NCBI RefSeq assembly: GCF_018350175.1
Contig: NC_058383.1
Span: 19,594,001 to 19,658,000, forward strand
Direction of reading: 5' to 3'
Source of the DNA: Felis catus
Lineage: Eukaryota
Length of the DNA stretch: 64,000 nucleotides
Made by a program: the position numbers and the translations under genes. The notes under the pieces are model-generated. The model searched no databases. It saw nothing but the letters and a program-made list of their open reading frames with translations, and was not told where the DNA came from. Positions 50,490 through 63,295 of this stretch are shown one piece after another (the first letter of the stretch is position 1; every line of letters begins with the position of its first letter).

Positions 50490-51736
50490 CCATAAACAAA
50501 AATAAATTCAAAATGGATGACCTAAATGTGAGACCTCAATTGAGACAGGAAATCATAACACAGGCAGCAACCTCTTTGACCTCGGCCGTGGCAACTTACT
50601 AGACTTGTTGACAAAAACAAAAATCAGCTACTGGGACCTCATCCAGATAAAGAGCTTCTGCACAGTGAAGGAAACAATCAACAAAGCTAAAAGGCAGTCT
50701 ACGTAATGGGAGAAGAGATTTGCTAACGACATATCTGATAAAGGGTTCTCCTCCAAAATCTATAAGGAAATTATCAAATTCAACATCCCGAAACCAAATA
50801 ATCCAGCGAAGAAATGAGAAGACATGAATAGGCGTTTCTCCAAAGAAGACGTCCAGATGGCCGACAGACACATGAAAAGCTGCTCACCATCACTCATCAT
50901 CGGGGAAACACAAATCAAAACCACAATGAGATACCACCTCACACCTGTCAGAATGGCTCACATTAACGACTCAAGAAACGGTAGATGTTGGCGAGGATGC
51001 GGAGAAAGAGGATCTCTTTTGCACTGTTGGTTGCAATGCAAGCGGGTGCGGCCGCTCTGGAACACAGTGTGGAGATTCCTCAAAAAGTTAAAAAGAGAAC
51101 TGCCGTAAGACCCAGCAATTGCACTGCTAAGTATTTACCGAAAGGAGACAAAATTATAGATTTGAAAGGGTAAATGCACCCCAACGTTTATAGCAGCATT
51201 ATCAACAATAGCCAAAGCACGGAGAGAGCTCAAATGTCCACCGATGGATGAATGGATAAAGAGGCAGTGCGCGCGCGCACACACACACACACACAGAGGA
51301 ATATTACTCAGCCATCAAAAAGAATGAAATCTTGCCATTTACAATAATGTGGATGGAGCTAGAATATATTATGCTAGTGAAATAAGTCAGAGAAAGGCAG
51401 ATACCGTGTGATTTCACTCATATGTGGAACTTAAGAAGCGAAACAGATGAACATAGGGCAAGGGAGAAAAAAAAGAGGGACACACACAATACGAGACTCT
51501 TAATGACAGAGAACAAACTGAGGGTTGACGGAGGTGGGGGGGGGATGGGCTAGATGGGGGATGGGTATTAAGGAGGGCAACTGTTGGGATGAGCACTGGG
51601 TGTTGTACGTAAGTGATGAGTCCCTGAATTCTACTCCTCCAACCGATACCACGCTGTATGTTAACCAACTAGAATTTAAATAAAAATGTGAAAAGAACAA
51701 AAAATAAATTCACTTGTTCAAAAAAAAAAAAAAAAA
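50490..51736 (+). mobile_element. Carnivore-type LINE-1 3' fragment with poly(A), antisense to IL4R
   Basis: ORF2 C-terminus (…[14 protein letters not shown]…), carnivore-like 3'UTR and A tail. Confidence 0.92.
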
Positions 51737-52064
51737 GAATCTTCGTCCTAGAGAATGATGGAAACCACAGGAAGAGAACCATCCACAAACCAGCGATGTT
51801 CACACCGGACCGTTAAGTGAGCGAGTCATACGTTTCGGCGGTGTTGAGCCGCACGCCTCGTGGGCTTCTCTGTGACCGCAGCCTCGCCCTGGCCACCCTG
51901 AGCAGTACACCAGGTCGGTCGGTCGGGAATTCTGTTACCTGCGGTTAGAGGGACTCTAAGGGACCCATAGGGTGGGCGGGCGGCGGGGGTGGGGGGGTCT
52001 GGCCAATAGAACAAATGGGAGTGGCCCCGGCTCTAACTGCCCATGGCTCCCAGGAGATACTCAC

Positions 52065-52221
52065 GGTTAAGCCACTTGGTGCTGGGGCTCCACTCGCTCC
52101 AGGTGCTGTTGTAGCTCTGAGCCCAGGCCCTCACGCGTGCGCTGTAGGAAGCCCCAGACGTCAGGGTGCTGGCTGCCACGCGGAGGGTGGGCCCCATGTA
52201 GGTCACATTATAGATTCTGGA
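52065..52221 (-). CDS. IL4R: IL4R coding exon 5 (SRIYNVTYMGPTLRVAASTLTSGASYSARVRAWAQSYNSTWSEWSPSTKWLN) with WSXWS motif at 52087-52101
   Basis: Acceptor TACCAG|TC, donor C|GTGAGT, 157 nt; WSEWS signature. Confidence 0.97.
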
Positions 52222-52953
52222 CTGGTAGAGGAAAGGGACACGTTAACACGCCAGCTCGGGGCAAAGGAGGTACCGGCTCCCACCCTGGCTGCTGTCCTTG
52301 GCTGACCCCCCGCAGTGTCGAAGGGCCACCAGCCTCGGTGTTTGGTTGCTCCTCCAATTCAGGCCTGTGGCTGCCACCTCCACAACCGTGGCCGGAGTCA
52401 GGCGGGAGGGGTCAGGGAATGCCCTCCCCCCACCCCCGGCCCCGGCGCCCTGACGATCAGCCATACAGCGTGACTGGGGCCAGCCGATTAAGCTTTGAGT
52501 TGTAATTTCCTCCTCTGTAAAACGAGGGTAGGAGTCCCTACTGCCACTTTTTAGCTGTGTGACCCTAGGTGAGTCGCATAACCTCTCTGGACCTTGACAT
52601 CCTTCTTCCGCAAAATGGTAATAAATAATAAATAACGATTTATCTTTTGTTAATAATCGTTATTAACAATGATTTATTTATTTTATTATGATTTATTTAT
52701 TCCTGGCACGCAGGAAGCATGAGAGTGACCTTTCTACAGCACAGATAAGGTCCCCGGTGTCTCTCTCTCTCTCTCTCTCTCTCTCCTTTGTGGGCTCTCT
52801 GGAGCCTTCACAGTCAAGCCCAAACTCTGGCCTAGAATCTCAGCCCTGCTCCCACTGCTGGGAAGGGACTTCTAAGACCTGTTATCAAGTGGAAAAGGTA
52901 AATGAAAAGTAGTATGTGTTGACTACTGCTTTTTATGTTTAAAAAAAAAAGGG

Positions 52954-53147
52954 GGGGCGCCTGGGTGGCTCAGTCGGTTAAGCATCCAACTTTTGATTTT
53001 GGCTCTGGTCATGCTCTCACGGTTCATGAGTTTGAGCCCCACAAGGGGCTCTGCGCTGAGGGTGTGGAGATTGGGATTTTCTCTCTCTCCCTCTCTCTGT
53101 GCACTTTCTCAACATAAATAAGTAAATAAACTTTAAAAAAAAAAAAA
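52954..53147 (+). mobile_element. Can-SINE
   Basis: Head, body and tail recognisable. Confidence 0.9.
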
Positions 53148-53856
53148 GACAGACTCTGGGATGGCCCTGCGATCCCCCACCCTGTATCACGCCCCTGTGT
53201 AATCCCCTCTTCTTGAGTGTGGCCAGGGCTTGCGACCCACAGTGGGATTATATTCTGTAAGGCTATATAATTCCAACTTGCTAGGAGACTCTCTCCTTTG
53301 CTGGCTTTGAGAAGACAACAGGGAAGGAACTGAGGGCAGCCTCCCACGAAGGGCCAGCGAGAACCTGAGGCCCTCAGTCCAGCAGCCCGTAAGAAACGAT
53401 GCTGCCAACAGCACAGCAGCTGGGGAGTGATCTTCTCCAGTCAAGCCTCAGATGAGACCGCAGCCCCAGCTGAGTCCTTGACTGTGCCCTGGGGAGAGCT
53501 GAAGCTGTAAGCCACACCCAGACTCCTGGCCCCCAGAAATGTGGGTCAATAAAATGTGTGCTGTTTAAAGTCGCTACACTGGGGCACCTGGATGCCTCAG
53601 CCGGTTAAGTGCCTGACTTTGGCTCAGCTCATGATCTCTTGGCTCGTGAGTTCAAACCCCGCACCGGGCTCTGTGCCTCCAGCTTGGAGCCTGGAGCCTG
53701 CTTCGAATTCTGGGTCTCCCTCTCTCTCTCTCTCTGCCCCTCCCCTGCTCATGCTCTGTCTCTCTCTCTCTCTCTCAAAAATAAATAATAACATTTAAAA
53801 AAATAAAGCAGCTACATTGGTGGTGATATTATTCAATAACAAGAGAAAACTGACAC
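53148..53856 (+). mobile_element. MaLR LTR (MLT1E/F-like) interrupted by a Can-SINE at 53581-53807
   Basis: gtgtaatcccctcttcttgagtgtggcc...; SINE TSD approximately gctaca(c/t)t. Confidence 0.8.
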
Positions 53857-55084
53857 GGCAGTGAGTGAACACACATGTTTCATGCTTGCCTGTACAGGTA
53901 CACACTCTCTGGAAGGACACAACAGCCTTCACGACCTCTCCTGGCTCTAACCTGGCCTTCCTTCCCCTCCTGGCAGGAGACGGAAGCAGTCAGTCTCTGG
54001 GGGTTGGGGTCACAAGAGAAACATATTACCATTCTAAGCGCTTTCAAGGCATCTGGCTTTTTTACTACACGTAAATATTACTTGTGTTTAAAAACCTTTA
54101 AGATACGGAATGAAATCTGTGTTCAGGATCGATCTGACGACATGGGAGCAGGCTGAATCCTCTGCCCGCGGCTCCTCTCCCTGCCAGGTCCGTCCCTTTG
54201 CAGCCCTGCTTCCGCTCACGGGTTGGAGCAGAGGTCAAGGAGAGAGTTATGGGAGGAAGCGAGGGCAGAAGACAAGGACACTCACTCACAGCCCTATTTG
54301 CTCTCTAAATATGAGTAAGCAGGAAGCAACAGCTGGACCTAGGTTGCCGAAGGAATTGTATACCCCAGAAAGGAGTGGGGGGGGCGGGGTGGGAAATGTT
54401 TTACCAAGAAACAGAACAGAAATTGGGGATTCCCAGGAAACACTTGTGGCTTATTGTTGTTGTTGTTGTTGTTGTTTGGGCAAAAAGGGCCAAGTGTTTG
54501 GGAGGCCACCCCTGAGAGAAGGATCCAAGGGAGAGGAAACAGCACTGGCTCTGGAGTTCAAATCCTGGCTTCCCAGCCCGGCTCTGCCTTTTCCAGCCGG
54601 GGGGCCCTGGGCAAGTCATTCCATCTCTCAGGCCTCAGTTTCCTCATCACTAAAATGGAGAGACCAACACCTCCCACGTGCGGGGCTGTGTTGTGCCTCG
54701 CACATTTCAGGCACACAAGCAACGGTAACCGTTCACGATCCTGAACGGACTGGTGGCCTCCTTTTCTGCTGTTTCACTGCACTCACTGCCACATCTCCGT
54801 AATCCCCCGACACACCATGAATCTTCATATCCCCCAAGCCTTTGCTCATGTGGTTCCCTCTGCCTGGCCTCCTACTCTTCCCTTCCTTCCCCGTCTAGAA
54901 AACTCTTCTACGGCCTCCAATGCCCGGGCCAAAACTCCACCTCCATTATGGACCCCTGTCCAGAGATCATCCAGGACAATAGGTAGCTCCACTCCCCAAA
55001 TTCCACTTCTAAGGTGTCTTCTAGAACTGATCCCATCTATGTCATCCATGGGGAACACAGTTGCTCATATTCTTTTCACTCTGT

Positions 55085-55228
55085 TTGGTGACAGATGGTA
55101 ACCAGACTTACTGTGGGTGATCATTTTGCAATGTGTACAAAATGTCAAATCACTACGCTGGGGTGCACCTGAAACTATTACAATATCGTATGTCAATTAT
55201 ACCTCGAAAAACAGAAAAACAAAAAAAT
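55085..55228 (+). mobile_element. Short L1MA-type 3' end
   Basis: gatcattttgcaatgt...cacctgaaact...atgtcaattatacctc. Confidence 0.75.
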
Positions 55229-56991
55229 CGGTCCCACCCAATCTGAGCTATAGCTGGCGTCTGCAATATGGTAGCAAACAGGGCCGGACGCCCATCTTTG
55301 CCGTTGGAGACACGTCCTCAAAGCTCAGGGCAGGTAAGCCTCTGACTCCAGCTCCAGGGTTCATCCTCATTGGTCAGGACCAGTTGTGCCCACCCCGTTC
55401 TCTAGCCTGTGATTGGTTAGAGATCAACTCCGGCCAATGAGGAGTGAGAGGACTTCTACAGGCTGGGTCCAGCCCTGGGAAAGGGAGAGATGGGCGAGGG
55501 GTGTTCCCGTGGCGTCTGCCCCACCAACAAGGGAAGCTGAGCCAGGAATTCTGAGGCTCCGGGCAGCGCCCAGCACAGCCATGACAACTGAGCCACAGCT
55601 CGGGTACACTGACTGATTCTACCTGCTGGTTGGGAGTCCAGGGCCAGGTCCCAAGGCTGGCTGTTACAGCCAGCCCTGTCCCCGCTTCCCCTTCCCTGGA
55701 GTTTGCTCCGGGGAGCCACCCCTCCCTCCTTCCCAGCCCTCCTGGCTTGGGTGGAACTGACCACACCTACACTCCAGAGGTGGGCGTGTGACTCACCTCT
55801 GGCCCATCAGAGCACAGTACGAGCACCCTCCTTCCTGCCCACAGCCTGGGCCGGGGTCAGAGATGTGCAAGTGATCCGAGCCAGGCAACCGAGCATCGGC
55901 CCCAGAACTTCTACCGGGACTAATTAAAAGTGGGACTCTCCCACTGTGGCGTTGGCACGGAGCCCCGGAGCTGCTGGGGAGGGGGGCATGCTGGCCACCA
56001 CCTAAAAATGAACCTAACCCAGAATAAAGCCAGGCCGAGGGAGGGACAGATTCCCGGAACCTGGATGCAGCCACGGTAAGCAAATGAGGAACACTTCTCT
56101 CCCCTCCGGACTTCACCCCTCTGAAGCCCTGCACAGGCCCAGCACGCGGGGAGGGGATTCACCTACGAAACGGGATCCGCCTATCTCTTTCGGCATCAGA
56201 GCAGCCTTGCCAGTGCGTTCTGAGCCTCCGCTGTCACACCCCGGCCCCTCCATCCCTGCTCCCACCTGCGCCGTGGCCCAGTGCCAAGGGGGAAACCACA
56301 CCTGAGAAACCGAGAGATGTAAGCCAATACCCGCCCCCTCCCTGGCTTAGGTGGGAAGGACAGGAAGCAGAGCAGAAGCTGATGTGAGAGCGCGAGACGA
56401 GTGGGGCCTGCTCCCTGGCAGCGGAAGCCAGGCCAGCCTGGGTCCCAGGACACAGGACACGGGGCGTGGCTCCGAAGAGGCCCTCGGCGACGCTGACGTA
56501 GCGAGTTCTAGACCAAGGTGTGGGAGGCCAAGGCCGCCGGGGCTTTCCAAGGCCTGCGGGGCCCCGGCGAAAAGGAGAACAGAGCTTACGACACATTCAG
56601 AGCCAGGCCGGGGGAGCCTGTGTCACACGCTTGGCGCCCTCAAGAGCTGATGGAGCGGGGACGCTTATCCTCCCCATGTCACAGAGGGGGAAACCGGGGC
56701 CCCAGGAGGTTAAGCGACAGGACTAGGGCCCCGCAGCCGGGGAGCGGAAACAGGTATCGGGAGCCCGCTCTGTGGGAGGCCGGGGCCCAGGGTGCTCAGA
56801 CGTGCCTCCCGTGGGGAAGCCTGAGGGGAAGACATGGGTGGCAGGAAATGATCTCCAGCCCCGCCTGAAACTAAACTCGGAGGCCAAGCCATCCCGTGTG
56901 CAGGCCCCTGCCAGTATTGACCCGATGGTTTGCTGCCAATCAGCTCTCCCTTTTAAAAACCGTCAACGCGTCATTTAAGAAGGGAACTCTC

Positions 56992-57221
56992 GGGGCGCCT
57001 GGGTGGCGCAGTCGGTTAAGCGTCTGACTTCAGCCAGGTCACGATCTCGCGGTCCGTGGGTTCGAACCCCGCTTCGGGCTCTGGGCTGATGGCTCGGAGC
57101 CTGGAGCCTGTTTCCGATTCTGTGTCTCCTTCTCTCTCTGCCCCTCCCCCGTTCATGCTCTGTCTCTCTCGGTCCCCAAAATAAATAAACGTTGAAAAAA
57201 AAAATTAAAAAAAAAAAAAAA
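56992..57221 (+). mobile_element. Young feliform Can-SINE
   Basis: TSD aagaagg(g/a)aactc. Confidence 0.95.
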
Positions 57222-57462
57222 GAAGGAAACTCACAAATCAGTGCTGTGATCGCAAACCAGGTGTCAGCCTCCATCGGCCGCCTCTAGAAGTAAGTGCTAT
57301 GAGGACCCAGCGACAGCACGAAATGACGGTACACTGGGAGCCAGGCACACGGCGGGGGCGGGGTGCACAGAGCCAGGGTGGAAGTCGGGCTCCAGGGGCC
57401 CCGGTCTCCACCCGCCTGAGTCCCAAGAGGTGGCAGAGAAACCCAGAGGCGCACACACTCAC

Positions 57463-57614
57463 ATCCGTGGGGTCGTCTTCACTCGAGATGTTGACCATGT
57501 AGGTGAGCTCGGCGTGCAGGTGGTTCTCAGGGGGGTAAGGGTTGCTCCACCTCAGCAGCCACGTGTGGGAGACGTTGGGGTGAACTGTGAGGTTTCCGGG
57601 AGCCCTGGGTTTCA
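57463..57614 (-). CDS. IL4R: IL4R coding exon 4 (VKPRAPGNLTVHPNVSHTWLLRWSNPYPPENHLHAELTYMVNISSEDDPTD), FN3 domain
   Basis: Acceptor CCACAG|TG, donor GAT|GTGAGT, 152 nt. Confidence 0.97.
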
Positions 57615-58751
57615 CTGTGGAGAAGCAATGGCTGGTGAGGCGCTTGTCCAGGTGCGGGGAGGAGAAGGGTCCACAGGGCACGGGTCATTGAGATGCTCTC
57701 GGTCGAGCACACCTCCGTAGCACATTTACGGAATAGCGTGTGGATATCGTCTCAGCGGAGAATGACCGTCATCATACTGATTACAATGTCGCTAAAACTC
57801 CGCTTCACACGAGTGGGGACTAAGCGACTTTCTACAGTGAGTGCAGGAAGCATAAGGCAAAGGAACCCAAAATGTGGCTTTTTCACTTCGGTTCCTTCAC
57901 ACTTGGGGCCACATCTATGCGCTGTGTTATGACTCAGAGTTTTTGTTGACCTTGACCCGCGTGTTTTAAAACTCAGTCTCCTTTTAAGCAATCCTATCCA
58001 GGAGACTACAGGTATATAAAGTCGGCCCACCCGTGCAGAAACGATTTTAATTCATGGGTTCGTTCTTGGGTCTATCTCAACAACCCCCCGACCGTGGGCG
58101 CTAACTGCTGAGCTCTGCAGTAACTGCAACTACTCTTGCAAGAATATCCCTCTGCAGCTTTGTGGCCGTGTGACCTGGGGCAGGTTACGCGCCTCCTCCG
58201 TATTATACCCGGTCGTAAAACGGGGATAGCTCTCTTCTGGAAAAGGAGGCCCAGAGAGGTGATGTGACTTGCCCAAGCTCACACAGCAATAAATGATGTC
58301 CGAACCTCCCGTCACTGTACCGCGGCAGAATCGTGGTGAATTGCTGCGGGGACTCTGGCTACCAGGATGAACTCAGACTTCTGAGGTCAGATTGTCCGAA
58401 GAAGCAGCAGCTCACCAGTCCACACAGCGGGGAAGGAAGGTTCCCAGCTCAGTCTGTGGCCTACAGCGATGCCTTCTATTAAGCACGCCTCATCTCAGCA
58501 CCCCAGGCTGGGCACTTACATTCAGGCGGCCGAGATGCGTAGACTGAAGGGGACCTGACGTCCTAGGCAGCCCAGCCCCGTTTCAAAGACGGGAAGCCGG
58601 AGCCCAGAAAGGGGCAAAAATCCCATCACGTCTGGGGACGCGCAGAAGACTGCTTGCGCCTCCCTCCCCCGCCTGGAGCCTGCCGCCGCCCCCCCCCCCC
58701 CAGAGCCCAGCCGGGGTTGGGGGTCCGGGAAGCCCATCCCGTGCCCCTCAC

Positions 58752-58903
58752 CGTGACTGCTGGGCTTGAAGGAGCCGCTCCACAGCAGCTGCGTCCCCGC
58801 CCACAGGTGCAGCTGATACACGTCCGCTTCGACAAAGTCGTCCATCAGCATGCTGCACGCACACGCCGCGCCTTCTCCGTTCTCAGGGACACACGTGCGG
58901 TTT
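58752..58903 (-). CDS. IL4R: IL4R coding exon 3 (NRTCVPENGEGAACACSMLMDDFVEADVYQLHLWAGTQLLWSGSFKPSSH)
   Basis: Acceptor CTGCAG|AA, donor G|GTGAGG, 152 nt, in phase with flanking exons. Confidence 0.97.
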
Positions 58904-58979
58904 CTGCAGACACGGGTGTCGCGTTAGGCTGGCTGTGACCCACGGGCATCCCTGGAACGTGCCTCAAGGAACACGCGCT

Positions 58980-59152
58980 TGGAGGGCCACGCTGTGTGTG
59001 TCTCAGCCATTCAAGACTGCTCTCCTAGCACAAAGGCAGCCACGGGGAATGCAGGAGCGAACGGGTGTGGCTGTGTGCCGATAAAACTTTATTTACAAAA
59101 GCAGCTGGTGGGCCAGATGCGGACCTCGGGCCGTAGTCTGCAGAGCCCTGGT
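58980..59152 (+). mobile_element. MER58A-like (hAT) fossil
   Basis: gggtgtggctgtgtgccgataaaactttatttacaaaa...gggccgtagt...ccctg. Confidence 0.8.
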
Positions 59153-59191
59153 CTAGGCCAGCGTACCACATTTAGAAGCAGAGCCCGTCTT

Positions 59192-59664
59192 GGGGCGCCT
59201 GGGTGGCGCAGTCGGTTAAGCGTCCGACTTCAGCCAGGTCACGATCTCACGGTCCGGGAGTTCGAGCCCCGCGTCAGGCTCTGGGCTGATGGCTCAGAGA
59301 GCCTGGAGCCTGTTTCCGATTCTGTGTCTCCCTCTCTCTCTGCCCCTCCCCCGTTCATGCTCCGTCTCTCTCTGTCCCAAAAATAAATAAACGTTGAAAA
59401 AAAAAATTTTAGGGGCGCCTGGGTGGCGCAGTCGGTTAAGCATCCGATTTCAGCCAGGTCACGATCTCGCGGTCCGTGAGTTCGAGCCCCGCGTCGGGCT
59501 CTGGGCTGATGGCTCAGAGCCTGGAGCCTGTTTCCGATTCTGTGTCTCCCTCTCTCTCTGCCCCTCGCCCGTTCATGCTCTGTCTCTCTCTGTCCCAAAA
59601 ATAAATAAACGTTGAAAAAAAAAATTAAAAAAAAAAAAAAAGTATATATTAAAAAAAAAAAAAA
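59192..59664 (+). mobile_element. Two young tandem Can-SINEs (59192-59410, 59412-59664)
   Basis: Outer TSD tttagaagcagagcccgtct (59171-59190 and 59666-59685). Confidence 0.95.
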
Positions 59665-60280
59665 TTTTAGAAGCAGAGCCCGTCTGCCTCGGTAGGTAGG
59701 GGAAGGCCTCTGGCAACGTACCCTGCACTCTGGGGTGGGCACACCCCAAAATGCCCCCGTGACTGCGTGCCTCGCGTATCCAGCCGCACCCTCAGCGCCG
59801 CCTGGAAGAGCACCCCATGTGCCACGGCTGTCCCGGCGGCCCACCCGGAACAACACACCCCAGGCTCCACGGTCCCCCAAAGAACACCGTGGACTCCACC
59901 GTGGACTTCCGGGGGGGAGGGTCACGAGGTCAAACTCTTTTCATAATACCAAGAGGCCGTGTGCCATTCTCCACTGTTTCTTACAAGCGTAAGGTGGAAT
60001 CTTCCAGACGCTACACAGCGCGCGATCATTGCTCCGACGGCTTAGCGAATGTGGACCCGCGTGCTGTTGTGATCTAGTATCTCTGTTTTAATTACTAACA
60101 GGGTAAATAGCAATATTACGAGCCACCGAGACAAAAGCTTTGGTCTAACTTTGAAGCAGACGAACAAACCCCGGGACTCCAAAGTCTAGTCCAACATTCC
60201 ACCACACCCACATGCCACGCGCCTCAGTGACAGTGCACTTAGAGCACCGTGACATGCCCACTGAGCCCCAGGGCGCCTCC

Positions 60281-60494
60281 CTTTTTTTTTTTTATAACAT
60301 TTATCCATGTTTGAGAGAGAGAGAGACAGAGAGACAGAGTGCGAGAGAGGGAGACGTAGAGAGAGAGAGGGAGACGCAGAATCCAAAACGGGCTCCAGGC
60401 TCCGAGCCGTCAGCACAGAGCCCGACGCGGGGCTCGAACCCACGGACTGCGAGATCATGACCTGAGCTGACCGACCGAGCCACCCAGGCACCCC
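60281..60494 (-). mobile_element. Can-SINE
   Basis: Head, body and tail recognisable. Confidence 0.9.
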
Positions 60495-60647
60495 AGGGGT
60501 GCCTCGCTTCGAACACCACGCTCAGTCAGCTGCGGGGAACCCCATTCAGCACCCCGCGCTCCAGGGCACCACCGGGACCAAACGAACGCCTGGGGTGAAC
60601 GCTCTGGACGCAGCCTCCCCCAGATCCCAGCTCCACTCGTGGCTTAC

Positions 60648-60786
60648 TCGGACCCCATGAAGTTCAGCTGGTAGGACAGGCGGAGCTCAGCGCTGCAGTT
60701 CGTGGGCGCATCCATGTTCCACTGGCAGACGGAGGTGCTGAAGTAGTCGGAGAAGCAGGTGGGCGCACGCAGGACCTTGACGCTCC
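60648..60786 (-). CDS. IL4R: IL4R coding exon 2 (GSVKVLRAPTCFSDYFSTSVCQWNMDAPTNCSAELRLSYQLNFMGSE), D1 domain
   Basis: Acceptor CCCCAG|GG, donor GA|GTAAGC, 139 nt; conserved class I cytokine receptor Cys/Trp pattern. Confidence 0.97.
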
Positions 60787-61813
60787 CTGGGGAGACACAG
60801 GAGCGCCGTGTGCGGCCGGAGCCAGACAGCAAGGGGCACGTGCAGCAGCGGGACAAGCAGGAAAGCGGGACAAGCGGGACCGAGGGGCCAACGCCACGCA
60901 AGGGAACCACAGTCCCACGCACGGTTGGGGGCCAGCGTCCGGGGAGCTGGGGGCAGGATGGGGCTCTGCGGCGTCCTGGCTGGCATGGGGGCGATTCCCG
61001 ATGTCGAAGACTGCCCCCCGCGGCAGGCCTACCTTGCCTCATGGCACCTCCACCGCTTGCCCTTGGCCAGATTAAAGGACGTTTCTAATCTAAGGCATTT
61101 CTAGTCTTTTCCATCACCACGGGCGTCTGCTCCAGAGCCGTGTGAGCAGGAGGAGGGCTGCCGTCCATTTGCCCGCTCCCGGACCCCATCTGTTCTGCAC
61201 CCCTCTCTGGCTCAGGCGGCTGACCGCCATGGTCTTGGCACTCAGGTGCCCCTGTCCTCTGGCTGCCGGTTGGGTTCAGCCAATGTCAAGGGCAGCATGA
61301 AAGGCTGGGGTATTTCTTCCTACTGGCCAGTGGCAGAGCTGGGGTGTGAGCCCGGCAGGGCGCGTACTGGGTTTGCCAAATCGTTCGAAAGCCCGACAAC
61401 AGACAGGCAGGTGCCTTCTCGCTCTGATGCCCAGCACCAGCCTCCACAGTGGATACGTTTGCACACGCTCGCCGGATAAAGGACTTAACGTGTCAGGCAG
61501 AGTCTTAGATACCTAACAAAGATCTCAAACTCACCTTGTGTCCAAAACTAACGTCCGATTCCCCACCCCCCGCAAATATGTGCCCCCGACTCTGTTCTGT
61601 GCTGTGTTTTCTATCACTTTCTAACGCTCTTTACAATTGACTTATGATTAGGACCCTCTGTCATTGGCCGTCCCCTCCCACTACAATGTAAGCTCCTCAA
61701 GGCCCGGAATCTGTGTTCCTTTCGCTGATTATCCTAGGACCCTGGCATCTAAACAGCCAAAGAACATTTGCTGAATGAATGAGTGGATGAATGAATGAGA
61801 GGTGGTGACTTAC

Positions 61814-61883
61814 CAGAGCCTGCCGCCCACATCAGGATCAGACAGCTCACAGGGAACGTGAGCCCAGAGCAAAGCCGCCCCAT
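61814..61883 (-). CDS. IL4R: IL4R coding exon 1 (signal peptide MGRLCSGLTFPVSCLILMWAAGS-G); the whole exon with its 5'UTR part is 61814-61901
   Basis: ATG at 61883-61881; translation matches the IL-4Ra signal peptide (human MGWLCSGLLFPVSCLVLL); donor G|GTAAGT; upstream CAGCAG acceptor; 70 coding nt, phase 1. Not present in the ORF track. Confidence 0.96.
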
Positions 61884-61966
61884 TGGGAGATCCTAAGACA
61901 CCTGCTGAGTGAAAGCGAGCCAGGTTAGTGCCAAGAATGAGCCCTCTGTGTTCACTAGAGCTCACC

Positions 61967-62004
<38 letters not shown>

Positions 62005-62394
62005 ATTATCATCATGAAACTGTTGTGTTTCAGATGCACAAAGCCCACAATGCTTGTCCCCAAGAGATACTTCTTGAAAAAAATCCCATGACCTGCTAAG
62101 TTGAAGCAGCCCCTTGGACTTACGGGAGACCATAATGCACATTTGTGTGTAAAGGCTCTGATAAGTCCTGCAGCAGAGAAACTTATTTTTCTTCATTTAA
62201 CCCAACACTTGCCAAATTTCTTTCCCTACTCAACCTTCATCTGTATGTGTGTGTATGCTAAACCCCCAGTTAAACCCCCAAGAGATTTACAATTCCTTGA
62301 AATGTACTTTGGAGACGTTAATCTGTTTAGCCTTACGGGGCTGGTTAAGTAAACGGTAGACCCATGTAATGCAGTATTAGGTGGCCACTAAAAA

Positions 62395-62900
62395 GGATGC
62401 TGTTGAATGTGTTAGACTTACACCAATGGCCCCAATTCTTCCCAGTCCTCCTGGATCCATGTAACCTTACAGTGCCCACCGCCTCCTTCCCCTCCCCCCT
62501 CCTCCCCCCCCGCCCCCCGCCACTGCCCCGGGCAGGGCATTCTCCCCTGGCCTTCGATTTTGGGCTCAACCACGTGACTAGCTCTGGCCAGGAGACTATG
62601 AGCAAAAGGGATGCACTGAAGAAGCCTGCTTTGGCACGACCACTGTCTTAAGAACGCACGTGCCAGCCTGCTGGAGGATGTGGACACGTAGCATTCTGCA
62701 TTGGGGGACAGGCAGCCACCCCCAGTCATGCGAGCGAGATCAGCAGATCGGCAGAACTGTGTAACCGACCCCAGGCTGACCACAGGGGCGCAGGTGACAA
62801 CCTCCAGCGAGGTTGGCCACGCCCAGGTAAGCCGGCTCTCCCGGACCTGAGCTAAGTAAGCCTCGCCTGCTACATGCTCCTGGGGTTTTGTGCTTTGTTG
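62395..62900 (+). mobile_element. Old MaLR LTR (MLT1-like)
   Basis: gggctcaaccacgtgactagctctggcca..., gtttt...ttgttgcca end. Confidence 0.55.
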
Positions 62901-63295
62901 CCATTCTCCGTCCAGTTGTTCCTCACCACCTGCACTTCTAACCCCATAGATGCATCCCATATAATACACGGCTGGGGAATAGAAGTCAGCAGCGCAGACA
63001 CCCAGAAAGAAAGCACAGTTCAAATCCCTCCAAATCACAAGGCCACGTACACATTCGTATCACCTCTTCCAGACTTGTATCTATACAGACAGGGAGATAA
63101 GTACGCATTTTGTTTCCCCAACTAGCAGCACCCTCTTCCTCCTGAAACTTAAGTTTTAAGCTTAATATATCATTAAATATCATTCCATACCCCTATAGAT
63201 TCAAAGCATCGAACTAGTGGGATCTCACTGTGTGTCACTGGATTTTAGCCTTTATTGATTACTCTTACTGCTTTGTTGTTCTTTGTTTTGTGTTT

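Noticed and set aside
54110..54802. 230-aa ORF with a poly-Cys run
   Set aside because: The Cys run comes from a (TTG)n microsatellite; the rest overlaps MIR-like intronic sequence.
56051..56059. STAT/GAS palindromes TTCCCGGAA (also 8769, 26607, 41060)
   Set aside because: About four TTCYNRGAA matches are expected by chance in 64 kb, and I have no conservation data.
57238..57681. 147-aa ORF extending past IL4R coding exon 4
   Set aside because: Homology is confined to 57463-57614, which has strong splice sites; the flanks are intron read-through.
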